The notes under the pieces are model-generated. The model was given only the letters and a program-made list of their open reading frames with translations. It did not search any database and was not told the origin of the DNA. Of a stretch of 64,000 nt of DNA, positions 1-13,018 are shown in pieces. The DNA is from Leucoraja ocellata. Taxonomy: Eukaryota. The first letter of the stretch is position 1; the number at the start of each line of letters is the position of its first letter. Made by a program: the position numbers and the translations under genes. The stretch lies in assembly GCA_036785375.1 (NCBI GenBank), contig JAWMAR010000085.1:4030001-4094000 (forward strand), read 5' to 3'.

Positions 1-310
1 AAAGCCACCGAGCAGCAGCAGCAGCAGGTGAGAGGGGAGGGAGCCCCACAGTAACCGAGCATGACCTATCGTTGGCCGTGGCCTGAAGTAAGCACTGTCC
101 CCAGGGGCTATAACCTGAGTGTTAACAGACCATGCGGTGGGTGAGGAAGGACTCGTTTGTGCACCTTGTGAGTCGGGGTGGGGTTGGAAGTCGGAGCTCT
201 TAACGGCCGGGGAGATGGTGCGAGCTGGGGGTGGCATCAGCAGGTCCGTCTGCTACATCTGAAATCCATTGTAAAGGGGTCCGTTAAAACGAGGTTGACT
301 ATACATTTGA

Positions 311-478
311 GTCTGAAGAAGGGATCTGACCCAAAACCTCACCTATCCAGTCTGAATAATGATACCGACCCAAATCACCACCTATCCATGTTCTCCGGAG
401 ATGCATCCTGACTGTTGAGTACTCTAGCATTTGCATGTATTTTTTTAATAAACCAGCATCTGTAGTTCCCAGTATCTA
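311..478 (+). repeat. Degenerate Penelope-derived repeat with two decayed hammerhead-like cores in tandem
   Basis: gtctgaagaagggatctgacccaaaacctcacctatcc, then a second decayed unit, then ...aaccagcatctgtagttccc; same family as 22609-22846. Confidence 0.7.
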
Positions 479-938
479 CTTTTGGGCTGTGGTCATTGTG
501 TCCTATTTAAGGGAAGAAAGCTTTGCTGATCATTCTTTTCATTTCTAAGTCCATTGGTATTAACAAACTGGTGCCCTAACTGAGATCACAATTAAGCACC
601 AAACTAGAATCAAATATAGAATTATTGTAATCTGGATGACTCAGTAAGAGAACAGTGGGCATAACATCTCATTGAACCATCAATGGAATTCGGCAGTATA
701 ATTATTGTGCAGTATTTGATGAATAATTGTACTACCAAGAGAGTTTAAGCTCCGTTTAGTATCATGTATATAAATTACAATATACATGGTTTTTGTATCT
801 TACTGTGAACTTTACCTGCAACTGAGGATGACAGAGATATTTACAAGATGATCTCTTCCATGATTGTGACTGTCAGCCATATAAGCCAAATATAAAAATA
901 TCTATAAATTATGGAATAATAATAAATTATGAATATAC

Positions 939-1276
939 CTTGTCTTCTGAACTCTCGATATCAGTGGAGTCATCTGCTGTCAAAGATGACCTTCTTCTAT
1001 CTTGACGTGTTAGGTGTTTTGTTTTAAATTGCCGTTTTCCTGAAGGCTTTTCCCGGTCAGTGTTTGAATACTTTGGTGAAACTGGTGAATAAAGTTGGTC
1101 ATCTTCCTTTCCAAAACACAAGATACTCAGTTTACGACTTTCCTTGCTTCTTTGCCTTTTAATTGATGATCGTGGCACTGGTGTACTGGTTGAGTTTGGC
1201 TGTAATTGCCAACTACTACTTGTTGTCCCAGATAGAGTTGTCTTCTTCCTCGGTGACACTGGAGGTGTTGAGAAAC
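939..1276 (-). CDS. BCOR: BCOR exon 9
   Basis: tttttag|GT TTC TCA... = GFSTPPVSPRKK...EKPSGKRQFKTKHL...SSEDK|gtatat, matching human EKPSGKRLCKTKHL; 338 nt, phase 1 to 0. Confidence 0.93.
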
Positions 1277-1604
1277 CTAAAAAGTGGACATCATTTTCAA
1301 TAATCAATTAATGACATGTTAGACCAAGCACCGAGTTCCATAACCTCAGTGTAGTACCATCATAGATCATTTAAACACTGCACAATTAATATGGTGTTCT
1401 GTACAAGTGTGAAAAAGCTCAGTGGTCAACTTTGGAAATAAGTTCCAGAACTCCTTAATGCAATGGGCTGGGCAATGTTTACATGTTTAGTACCACAGCA
1501 GGAATGACTAGTCGGCATAAATAGTCACTCATTTCAACGCGTACCTTACAGCCACTATAATTTCCTATATTAACCAGAGTGCACACAGGAATGATGAGTG
1601 TACG

Positions 1605-2651
1605 CAGGAACAAAGAGTAGGGATTAATGGGTCCCTTTCAAAATGGCAGGCAGTGACTCGTGGGGTAACGCAAGGCTCGGTGCTGGGACCGCAGCAATTT
1701 ACATTATACATTAATGATTTAGATGAAAAGATTAAAAGTAACATTAGCAAATTTGCACATGACACAAAGCTGGATGGCAGTGTGAAGTGTGAGGAGGATG
1801 CTGTGAGGATGCAGGGTGACTTGGACAGGTCGGGGGAGTGGGCAGATGCAGTTTAATGTGGATAAATGTGAGGTTATCCACTTTGGTGGCAAAAACAGGA
1901 AGACAGATTATTACCTGAATGGTGTCAAGTTGGGGAAAAGGGAAGTACAATGAGATCTGGGGGTCCTTGTTCATCAGTCACTGAAAGTAAGCATGCAGGT
2001 GCAGCAAGCAGTAAAGAAAGCTAATGGCATGTTGGTCTTCATAACAAGAGAAGTTGAGTATAGGAACAAAGAGGTCCTTCTGCAGTTGTAAAGGGCCCTA
2101 GTGAGACCACAACTGGAGTATTGTATGCAGTTTTGGTCTCCAAATTTGAGGAAGGACGTTCTTGCTATTGAGGGAGTGCAGCGTCGGTTCGCATGGTTAA
2201 TTCCGGGGATGGCGGGACTGTCATATGTTGATAGAATCGAGCGACTGAGCTTGCATACTCTGGAATTTAGGATGAGAGGGCATCTTATTGAAACATATAA
2301 GATTATTAAGGGATTGGATACACTAGGGGCAGGAAACATGTTCCCGATGTTGGGGGAATCCAGAACCGGGGCCACAGTTTAAGAATTAGGGGTAGGCCAT
2401 TTAGAACAGAGATGAGGAAAACCTTTTCTCCCTGAGAGCTGTGAATCTGTTGTATTCTCTGCCTTAGAAAGCAGTGGAGGCCAATTCTCTGGATGCTTTC
2501 AAAATATAGTTAGATAGAGCTCTTAAAGTCTGGGGATATGGCGAGAAGGCAGGAACGGGGTACTGATTTTGGATGATCAGCCATGATCATATTGAATGGC
2601 GGTGCTGGCTTGAACGGCCGAATGACCTACTCCTGCATTTATTGTCTATTG
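1605..2651 (+). mobile_element. 5'-truncated CR1-clade LINE (RT C-terminus plus 3' tail), decayed
   Basis: Broken frames give GVTQGSVLGP..YINDL..SKFAHDTKL and RPQLEYCMQFWSP..LEFRMRGHLIETYKI, typical of CR1 ORF2. The tail has a ggccgaatgacc hairpin. Confidence 0.92.
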
Positions 2652-2718
2652 ATTGAGTTATCTGGGACAAAAAGTGCAGGTTAAATGGCAGCTTTTTCGA
2701 GCATGTATTTGTACAGTT

Positions 2719-2792
2719 GTATATGTGTATACGTGTGTGTGTGTGTATATATAAATATATATATATATATAAATATAATATATACACACACA
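2719..2792. repeat. Compound (TG)n/(TA)n/(CA)n microsatellite
   Basis: gtgtgtgtgtgtgtatatataaatatatatatatatataaatataatatatacacacaca. Confidence 0.9.
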
Positions 2793-4284
2793 AACATAAA
2801 GGTTCTGATAATGATTTCATTTGTAACATCACATCATTGAAGCACAGGAAGATACTGTTAATAAAAATCATAATGACACTGTCAGATGTGCATCATGTCA
2901 TACATCAATATGTACATGACGTGGCTGTTAGGTGTAGTCTGAGGAATCCTGTTTGAAGTAATGTTTGTGCATTCTTCTGTTCCATCTCCCCGATTCCAAT
3001 CACATCACAAATTACCCCACCCCCTCCACATACACCAATTCCTTGTTTCCTCTCCCCATCAATTGTTGATCCTCTCTGCCCTCTAACGTGTGTTCCTGCT
3101 CCCCCTCTCCCTTACGATCTCCTGCTCCCCTTCAATTGCTCCCTGTTCACACGTTTGACTCCTCCTTCAATCTTTTCTCCTTGTCCCGCTTCAATGTCCA
3201 GGCGAACCTCAATCTAACTAAAAGAAAAAACAGCTGCCACAGACAACAAACTCCAGCTGGGTACACCCAGCCCCATGACATCAGATGCTCATCAGTCGGT
3301 GAGTGGGGGAGGTAGTGGGAGGAAGGTAAGCAAGGATGTTGCTTGTCTCCCAGTCAAGTACACGAGCACAAAAGACCACATTTTCCATGCCAGAAACCAC
3401 TGCCAACTTGGTGGATGTGTTCGACTGTCAGGGTTGCACTTCATGAGTCAGAAATCACTTCCAGGAATTTGCTCTCTCAGGATTAGACTCGCCCATCACC
3501 AAGCAGTGAACCAGTAAAGTGCACAGTTGTGGTAGAAGGTTGTATTACAGAAACTGTTGCACAAGAAAGGGTAATTTTTCACCAGAGGATTGTCACAAGT
3601 TGCAGGGTGAGTTATGTCCCTTGTCAGGAAGCAACACATAATTACAAGCAACATGCAGTAGAGTTAGTTTCAATGCCATAATTTTAAAGATTTCACTACA
3701 CTACAATAAAACATAACAGGAGCAGCAGTAGGACATCAGGCCCTTAAAGCTTGCCTCACCTTCTAACAGGGCTGCCAACTCTCACGCATTTCGCCAAATT
3801 CTCACGCTGATCACAAATTTCTCATGCTCTGTCGTGAGAAATTCTGTGATCAACAAGAATTTCAAAACTCATATCAACTGCATGGGCCGCGGGTGTTGGA
3901 GAGCCGGGGCTGAGGGAGGGATGGAAGCAAAAGGGTGGGGACAGGTGCGGACGGGGAGCCGTGGCTGGCGAGTGTTTGCCGGGCTGGCGAGTCGCTCGCT
4001 GCAGCTCCGGCCATGGAGGAGCCCCAGTGCAAGAGTCCCAGGCCATCGGAAGTGTTGCGCCACTGCCATGAGAATCTCTGTGCCAAATTCACCCTGGTGA
4101 CCGGCATGGATCAGGCTGCGGCTCGGTATACCCCCATTGGACAACCAGTGGCTGTTGGAAGTAGGTACCAAGCACTGGGTAGAAACGGTGGAAGATAGTG
4201 GCCTTCAAATGGGGGTGGTTGGAGAAAGCATCCTGCTTGCCTGCTAGATTTTCACTTACTGTAACTGCAGGAAAAAAATTTCCT

Positions 4285-4595
4285 GATGTTGGGGGAGTTC
4301 AGAACCACGGGTCACAGTTTAAGAATAAAGGGTACGCCAGTTAGGACTGAGAAGAGGACAAACTTTCTTCGCCCAGGGAGTTGTGAATCTGTGGAATTCT
4401 CTGCCACTGAAGGCAGTGGAGGCTAATTCACGGGATGTTTTCAAGAGAGAGTTACATTTAGCTCTTGGGGTTAGCAAAATCAAGGGATATGGGGAAAAAA
4501 AACAGGAAAGAGGTACTGATTTTAGATGAACAGCCATGATAATATTCAATGACAGTGCTGGCTCGAAGGGCTGAATCGCCTATTCGTGCACCTAT
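4285..4595 (+). mobile_element. CR1 LINE 3' fragment
   Basis: Close copy of 2345-2640 (gatgttggggga.t.cagaacc...gtgaatctgtggaattctctgcc). Confidence 0.85.
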
Positions 4596-4624
4596 CCACC
4601 TTGAGTATATGGCAATAAAACTCG

Positions 4625-4870
4625 ACCACTTGATTTTGAAGCAGTCATGCACGGTGGAGGTATAAACAGGCCCTTCGGCGCAACTTGCCCACATCCGCCA
4701 ACATGTCCCAGCTACACTACCTGTTTTTGGCCCATATCCCTCCAAACCTGTCCTATCCATGTATCAATCTAACTGTTTCTTAAATGTTGGGATAGTCCCT
4801 GCCTCAACCACCTCCTCTGGCAGCTTGTTCCATACACCCACCACCCATTGTGTAGAAAAAGTTACCCGTT
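4625..4870 (-). mobile_element. CR1 LINE 3' fragment of another subfamily, inverted
   Basis: ttggcccatatccctccaaacctgtcctatccatgta...cctgcctcaaccacctcctctggcagcttgttcc is the reverse complement of a CR1 ORF2 end and tail. Confidence 0.75.
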
Positions 4871-6329
4871 AAAAAGTTATCTCTTAAAAATACTTCAAAC
4901 AAAAAAATATTGAAATCATACTTCTACAGTGCACTAAAACATGATTTTAATACATCAAATTTCAAAAAGTCCCTACCCTGGGAGGAGAGGCAGCCCCCTC
5001 CCACACCCTCCCCCCATTCGGTCGCTCCACTCCCTCACCGGGTACCCCCAAGGCCAGTGATCAGTGCTCGCTCAGCCCCCCCACTTTCAAAAACACTCCG
5101 TGGCCCCTGGTTCAGACAGAGAGCACTGGTAGATGTGAGCGGGGAACTGAGACCAGTTGTCCATGATGTTTGGATCCCAATGCTCAGCGCTTCGTGTTTC
5201 GGAGTTGGCTAATTTATTGATTTGTAATTAGTTGACAAAACCTTAATTTATTAATCCGGAATATCCAAGGCGATGGGATAAGTGTAATTTTAAAATTACA
5301 TGCAAGGTGTCAGGCTGTCTGTCACAACATACAGCCCCGAAAACCCATTATTTCCTTCAGTTATATATTGGGAAGGTAGCACTATTGTCATTTGGCGACT
5401 ATTATGTGTGTTTACCTCACTGACTATTTCTAAACCACCCCCCCCCCCCCCCTTAAATTCCTTTGACAGGTTGAATAGAAATGTCCCCAATCTTGTTGTT
5501 TTATTAATTGAACACATAGATGAACATCCTCAGGGAGTGTAATCGGAAACCGATTCAGATGCGATGTTTAAGAGCTTGTTCAAAGAAGGGGCATATATTA
5601 AAGGAGTGACAGAGATACTTGCAGGGGAATGTGTGAGAAGGTTATTATTTGTCTTTAGTTTTAGCTTGAACCAGGACATCTGAAGATTCAAAGTTTAATA
5701 TAGTAATTGCGCTGATACCGACTCCAACCAACCACGTAATGAATATTATCCATTCCGGAGGTTTTATTTTTCTGAGACCATTTAAACCTCACTTGGATTT
5801 CAATCACTTAAATGTAAAAGTAATTGGGAATGGGGAGCATTGGAACAAAAAATTGCCCTCGGTACATATTAACTGTAATATAATAATGTATGCATGTTGG
5901 CAGGTGCAATCAAAACAAAGATCTTTTTATCATTGTTGTGTTATGAATATCACAGAAAATATGATGTACTCTCAAGATCACATTTAATAGAATAATATTG
6001 CTTAAATATACAGTTATTGGACTTTGCATTTCTGAAAAGTCCCAGCTGAGAGGAAGACAGCAAATTACTGAAAATATTGGAGGTGAAATGACCTTGTTAG
6101 GAAAATGAAGGAAATGGTAACAGAATACAAACAGCTGAGTGAGTATAATTTCATGGATTAGAAATTGTGTTCAACCAATTGATGAGTTATTTGACAAAGA
6201 AACTAGCATGTTAGATAACAAGGAAGCCAATAGATGTAACAAATTTTGTTATACAAAATTTGGTTTGTGAAGTGCCCCATAAAAGATTACCGCATTAGAT
6301 AAGCACCTGTGGACTTGAATTTAATAGGT

Positions 6330-6630
6330 TAAGTCCAGGGGGTCAGATATGGGGTTTTAAGTGTGGGCCAGATATATTGTCAGTGCAGAGGGACTAGGAG
6401 CAAGGTCAAGTGTGCATCCAGAGTCAAGGTCCGGAATAGTACTGGGTGTGCAGTCAAAGCTGGGACAATGGGAGTGTTCAGCACTGGGAACCTAAGCAGT
6501 TAAGTAGCTATGATCAGGGTAGAATAGGGGGCCAGGTGTAAGGCTGGACTCGGGGTCAGGATTGAGAGAAGGTATGCAACTGGAGTCAGGGTCAGGAATA
6601 GTACCAGGCGTGCAGTGAGACCTAGGTTGG
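6330..6630. repeat. Degenerate minisatellite (unit about 30-36 bp)
   Basis: gagtcaaggtccggaatagtactgggtgtgcagt (6421-6454) versus gagtcagggtcaggaatagtaccaggcgtgcagt (6582-6615), plus further ggtcagg units. Confidence 0.6.
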
Positions 6631-7267
6631 TCAACATGGGCCAAGTGTTTGAATATAATCTGATTTCCATACATGAATATACTAAGATCATTCATGTGCT
6701 GCACCTGTTGATCAGAGCCTGGCTCTACTGTGGAATGTAATTAGGAATGTAATTTAGCCTAACCTTATTCATAGCTAATCTAATTTAAAGCATAAATATT
6801 GTATTCAAGTGCAAGTTAAAAGACTCGCTACAGTATGCATCAGATTGCACAAGTTCAAATTGAAAAATACAAAAGCTCCGTAACAATGGGAGGGAGGACA
6901 CCCCCCTCCCACTCTCAAAACCCCCTCGGCAGCTATGCTCCCTCGGGCTTGGTCTCTCGCAATTTCTCACCCAACTCTCACTCGATGTTGGCAGTCCTGC
7001 CTTCTAATAAAGTGGGACAGGTTTGAAAGGAAGCAAAGGTTATGTTTTCTGTTGTAATATCATTAACATCCGACATCCTAAAGTAACATTAGAGTGAAAG
7101 GATCCATTCTTCCAAACTATATTATGCCACTAGCTGTTTAGCTTTAAAGGGTTTGTTGACATGTTCTCAGGTACAGTTCCAAGACTTCTTCATGGACAAC
7201 TGCTGGTGTGTATAGTGTCTGCATGACATCCATTTTCAACATATAACCACCAATAGATACCCGAATA

Positions 7268-7450
7268 AAACACAGTGCTGGAGGAACTCAACAGGTCGGG
7301 CAGCATCCGGGGAGGGAATGGACAGGCAACATTTTGGGTTGGGTCCCTTTTTCGTCTCTTCCCTCCATAAATACTGCCTGACCCACTGAGTTCCTTCAGC
7401 TCTTTTTCTTTTGCTGAAGATTTCCAGCATCTGCAGTTTCTTGTGTCTCA
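7268..7450. repeat. Penelope-derived inverted-repeat element, degenerate
   Basis: acacagtgctggaggaactcaacaggtcgggcagcatc...ctgcctgacccactgagttccttcagc...ccagcatctgcagtttcttg. Confidence 0.75.
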
Positions 7451-7939
7451 ATGACTACCAGAATACTTTGGTTTTAATTAATTCACTATTGTTTAACCTA
7501 TCTTCAGTAAAATTATTTACAATGATTTAAAAAAAAAAATCATTTGAAACTACTTAACTGTTTAAAATCATGAAGTCTGATTGTCACTCATACCCTGCTC
7601 TGCCCCATGAAAGAACCATGGAGAAGAAAGGTTGAGTGCAGTGAATGCTGTAGATACTGCAGTAGACTGATGGAGGCAGAGTGTGGTGGCAACTTGGATC
7701 AGGCTTGATCCAGTCCACAGCAAATCATATCATTAAAGCAAGTACTAACGTTGGGAGGCCACATCACAGAAGTACACTACTATCTGTTGATGCAGGGAAC
7801 ATTATATTTGCAATTCGTTGTGCAGCATAGAGCCATTCCAGAGCCATCTGTAACACAAAACAGAATGGCAGTCTATGCATCTCCTACTGTCAAAGTTTGG
7901 CTCATTTCACGGTCACAGATCAGAAGAGGTGGGGAGACA

Positions 7940-8360
7940 ATATAATGGAGAGGCATTAGGTGCAGTTTGGGTCTGTATTCCTTGGGATTTAGAAGAACAA
8001 GGGATGACCTTATTGAAACATAAGTCCCTAAGAGGGCGTGACAAGGTACATGTGAAGACATTTGCACTCACGGGAGAGTCACAAGAACTTTGCTACCAAA
8101 AAAGGTATCATCCATTTAAAACAGCTGAAGGAATTTCTTCTCTTGAAGGAAGAAAATCTCTAGAATTCTCTGTCCCCATAGAGGCCAGATCATTACATAT
8201 ATTTAAAGTGGAAATAGATAAGTATTTGAAAGGTCTAACATTTAAGGGCTATGGGGAAAAGACAAGAGTTAAGACCAGCACAGATCAGGAATAATGATAC
8301 TGAATGCAGAGTAGGCTTGAGAAGTCTTCTGGCCAACTCCATGTATTCTTGTGGTTCGTT
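7940..8360 (+). mobile_element. Old CR1 3' fragment
   Basis: ORF 7875..8294 ends ...ARSLHIFKVEIDKYLKGLTFKGYG, the CR1 ORF2 C-terminal signature. Confidence 0.7.
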
Positions 8361-8949
8361 TGTTCTTGTGTGCTGCAGCCAAAAATGATTTTGTTCTCTT
8401 CTAGAACAACATGCCCTTAGCCTTGTCACTCATGCCAATACTTTGCTGCATGGCAACTGCTAATATGATACAAGATCTGCAGACAGTTCACCCACTCCCC
8501 TGTTCATGGAGCTAAAGGTCGTCTTCAATCTCAAGCATCTCACAAACAGCTGTCTAGCCTTTTCCATACATTACTGATCAGAACAAGGTAAATAATTAGT
8601 ATTAAAATATTAAATGGTCACTTTGGATAAGGATGCCAAACAAAAAGAGGTAGTGGAGTTCAAAATCGCAGCTCAGAAATGATGCAGAAAACTGGATAAA
8701 ATGTACACACGAGTGGAGTACCAGGTGAAATTTGGAACAGTAAAACACAAAGTAAAAATGGATCGGTGACTTTGATACTCCAATAATATCGCCAAAGTTA
8801 TTAGAAAATGTTGACTGAAACATGGCAGCCAATTTAGCATCATTCAAAAGTGCAACCAATTCAGAACAAAATAGCCAAAAGAATGGAATGTCTGACATGG
8901 CCATGATCAAACTGCAGAGCTCTTAACAAACAAATCTGGAACCGTTTTC

Positions 8950-9250
8950 ATTATTCCCTCACTTGCAAGGCATCATCTATTCCTAATCTGGATTTAAATT
9001 GAGGAGTTAAAAATCAACCACAATGACAGGTCTGAGCAGATGGCCAGATCAGGGAGGAATGGCAGCCTTCCTTTCTTGAACATCTGGAAAACAGATGTTT
9101 TTAGGACAACAATTTCATGTTTACTGCTGCCGAGACTAGCTACATTGTAACTGTTTAATTACCTGAATTTAAATTCCACGACTGCTATAATAACATTCAA
9201 TTTTGTGTCTCCAGATCAATGTTGTAGAACTCTAGCTACTTGTCCAGAAA
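8950..9250 (-). mobile_element. Old SINE-like repeat, inverted relative of 22881-23140
   Basis: Reverse-complement resemblance (agttaaaaatcaaccacaatg...ggccagatcagggagg...gaatttaaattcc); highly decayed. Confidence 0.4.
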
Positions 9251-10304
9251 CATATCTATTAGCTACGATGCCCTGCATCACGTTTGCCAAGGCACAAGAA
9301 GAGCCTGAAGGAGGACACTGAGGATCTTGGCCGTTTAAGACTAGGAATCTAACAAATTATTTCATAGATGTTTGTATGATGATAAAAAATAAGTTGTTCT
9401 TTAAGCTGGTATAAAATAAGGTTTAGGGAACAAACTGTGAAATGCTTCTTAATACAAATGCCTGGGACAGACTTTTGGACCAGATTAATGGAGGCAAAAA
9501 TCTTCAAGGCATTTGAGAAGTATTTGGATACAGCAAATAGTGGTATTTTAGGTTTTTCTGGGTGGATGACACTCTGCCTTTATTCATGCTGTGTGTTTAA
9601 TCTGTAAAATCGTGAAACATTTAGCAATCCAGAATGTCATATCATGCATTGATTGCAATATACTGGTTGACAAATGCAGAACAGGCAGGTTATGTTTATT
9701 TTGATAAACTGAGTTATGTCCCTTTGTCAGAATAATTCAGATGAACAATAGTAGGCAGCATGCACCAACCCACAGGTTTATGGGAGGGATGGGAAGAAGC
9801 AGAACAATTTGAGGATTCCAGGAAACACAACTGTAATTTGTCTCTATAAGGGTAAGCATGTGTGTGCAACACAAGATATGGTATTCTGTGGAATGGAAGG
9901 TCACAGCTGAGCTGAATATTTATTGAGGTGCAACCTCAGGCACATTTCACTGCACCTTATGGTGCATGTGACAAATACATTTGAACTTGAACTTGAGGGC
10001 TGGCAAAGGCAAATGGGAAGCAGAGCCTTGGTCTTGTGCAATGGAGTATGTGGCAATTCAAAATATTGTCAAGTGCTTTAGCTGGGATACACTGAGTATT
10101 TCAGGACAGCTTGATCTTTCAAGAACTCACCATGTGACGTGCATAACGATGGATCATAATCTCATCATGAATGAGCTTCGTTACTGTACACAACTTTCAA
10201 AAAGGGACTGTGAGCCAATAGAGCAGCTGATATACCTCATTCAAAACATCTAATGTAAACATTTGCTGAGAGCAAGAAACAAGAGGATGCTGAACTCCTT
10301 CAAA

Positions 10305-10578
10305 GGCACAGTGGCACAACAATAGAGTTGCTACCTCACAGCACTAATTTGATCCTGACTTTGGGTGCTGCCTGTATGGGGAGTTTGTACGTTCTCCCTG
10401 TGATCACTTATGTTTTCACCTGTTGCTCCGGTTTCCTCCCACACGCCAAAGACATACAGGCTTGTAGGTTAATTGGCTTCGATAAGTTGTAAAATTTTCC
10501 TTAGTAGGGTGATTGCTGATCGGTGTGGACTCAAAGAGCCAAAAGGCCCAATTCCACGCTGTATCTCTAAAGTCTAAA
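10305..10578 (+). mobile_element. tRNA-derived V-SINE (HE1-like)
   Basis: Head ggcacagtggcacaacaatagagttgct; V-domain gagtttgtacgttctccctgtga...gctccggtttcctcccacac; tail ctctaaagtctaaa. Confidence 0.85.
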
Positions 10579-12655
10579 GAAAGCCATTGCGATTGGCCAG
10601 TAACTTTGGTGATACCTAAATGAGCCACAATTTTGAGAGAGAACATTTAGGATGACAGAGAGTCATCAAATATTTGAGCACAGTACAGGCCATTTGGCCG
10701 AACTGTTTGGGCTGCTGCTTATTCTAATTCCACTCTCCCTCTTCTCTTTGCATACCTTTCAAAATTATTCCTTTATACGAACCTTAATTTTGAAATACAT
10801 TACGGAGCCTTTTCCAACAGCAGATTGCACTAGAGAATTTCCCCAGTTAATAAAAATGATTTTTTTTTGCCATCTATCCTTTTGTTTGTTCTGTAAATGT
10901 CCACAGTTAATGTTCTCCACTTAACACCTCACTGTCCTGGAAATCACGCAGCATTTTTTATTTTAATATTTCATTTCCAAAGCCTTTTAATGAATCATGC
11001 CTTAATCCTCTAAATTTTATTGCAAAAAATCCCCTTTCCAACTGCTTAAATTTCCAGTAAACTGTGACTTGGATAATGATGTTTCTTTGCTCTGCTGAAA
11101 TCTTAATACTGGTTTCTGTACTCAATTATACTACTTACTTTTTACTTTCCCATGTACTCTAGTTATCAGATACATTGACATAAAAACCATAAAAAGCTAT
11201 TATTTTAAGCAGGAAACACAAAACAAGTCATTTAGAAAACCGTGATAAATGTTGGATAGAAAGTATGTCCTTGTGGTCAAAATAGAGAAAATAGATTTTT
11301 CTTTAATAGAAAATCCTTTAGAATAATGGCAATTCATATATTATAATCCCTTTGTATTCAATTGAACTCATTTTCAGACCAAATTACTCAACCCTATTGC
11401 TTTCTCTGCCACATTTTCCAGAAATTATGGTGCAGAAACTTTATACAAAACATACTAAATTTTCACAGCAGTAGACCTAGGAAAATAATAAAATTGTAGT
11501 TTCTATCTACAGCTTTGGTTGACTTTTTCTAAAGAAAAACTAAATGAACGTTGACTTGCGTTAACAAATTTTGATCATTCATAAAACAAACCCCTCAGAA
11601 GGCCAGTTCTGATGTTTCAACTTAATCTCATGTGTGTTATGATACACATTGGACTTAGTTATTCCATTCTATACTCTAGCCACATTGAATTCCTCTTTTT
11701 ACCCTCTCTTGTATGTTAATTTTCTGTGATCATGCTCTAAAATTTACAAATCCCTTCTTCTGGACGTCATGGTTAGTTCTGTTCTCTTCTATTTCCCCAG
11801 TTCATTCCAGTACATCTGTATCGTCAACATCACAATCCACACTACATCTTCTGAATATCTTCTATTCCCTCCAATTCTTCCATTTCCTGCTTTTCCTTTT
11901 GCATGTAAACTTCCCATGAAAACACAGGAGAGACAACAACTGCCCATTTACCTTCTTCCTTCCCACCAAACTGATACCAAATGTTCCTTCAATTGAGAGA
12001 TGATCAATCTGAATTTTTGACTGTCTCTCCATTGGTCCCACTCTACTTCATGTGTACTAAAAGCATTTTATTTTTACTTCAAATTTCTAATACCTTTCAT
12101 GTGTCATGCATGTTAAGCTTGGCAATATTAGGCTAAATGTTAGTATCATCTGACATGGTATAATTTGATAACAGCCCCTGTCGATTTACCCTGAAGTAAA
12201 TCTTAACAGACTAGGTAATCTATGCTTAAAACTGCAGGGTTTAAAGTGGTTTGTGAAACAAAAGTGGGAGCCAATCAATAAATAGATAACTGCAAGGAAG
12301 TATCTAATAACTTTTTGCTCAGGAATAATAATATAATCAGTATAAAAATCAAATGAGAGTGGGGTCAAGTCCTATAAATTTTCTTTGATTGCGACTTCTC
12401 CTAAATAGCTACAATGCGCTGCAATGCTGAGATCTACATTCTGCACGCTGCACCTTCCCCTTTGCTCTAGCAATTGTACTTGAGTTTGACTATGATATAT
12501 CTGATCTGATTGAACAGTATGCAAAACAAAATGTTTCACTGTACGAAGTATAGGGAGAATCTAACAAGAGCCCTATTTTCCTTGATGAGTACATTCAGTG
12601 TTTCATAATTAAACAATTAAACAAATATACAGACTATTCCAGATTTCAAATGTAC

Positions 12656-13018
12656 CTTTCTCAAAGTCACTTCTATTGAAGGTCTCTTCAGATCCATTTC
12701 TGTTGGACTTGGTCACTGATGCTTTCTTTATGGTTTTTTCATCTGTCCGGTCCTTGACTTTTGTTTCTTTTGCAATAATCTCTGACTCCTTGCCTCCAGC
12801 TAAATCCTTCCTGCTGTGTCGATCTGTCTTGGAAGGCGAGGATTTGTCGGGGGACACTTGCTGCTCCCAGAGTGCCCGCAGATGATGCAAATGCCTTTGC
12901 TTGCGTGGATGGAGTCCTGTCAGTTCAATGCACACCTTTAGGTTTGTTACTTCGCTTGTGTGCGAATCTTCTGAATTATCCGTGGAGTCATCATTCATCT
13001 CTTTTTCAGTCCATTCAT
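12656..13018 (-). CDS. BCOR: BCOR exon 8 (long form with the AF9-binding segment)
   Basis: aagtag|AT GAA TGG ACT GAA AAA GAG ATG = DEWTEKEM...TNLKVCIELTGLHPRKQRHLHHLRALWEQQV...SEETFNRSDFEK G|gtacat; 363 nt, phase 1-1. Confidence 0.95.

Larger units (their letters stand above)
3767..6999. mobile_element. Non-autonomous hAT-type DNA transposon with nested or captured internal sequence
   Basis: TIRs cagggctgccaac (3767-3779) and gttggcagtcctg (6987-6999) match at 12/13. Perfect 8-bp TSD ccttctaa at 3759-3766 and 7000-7007. No transposase ORF. Confidence 0.85.
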
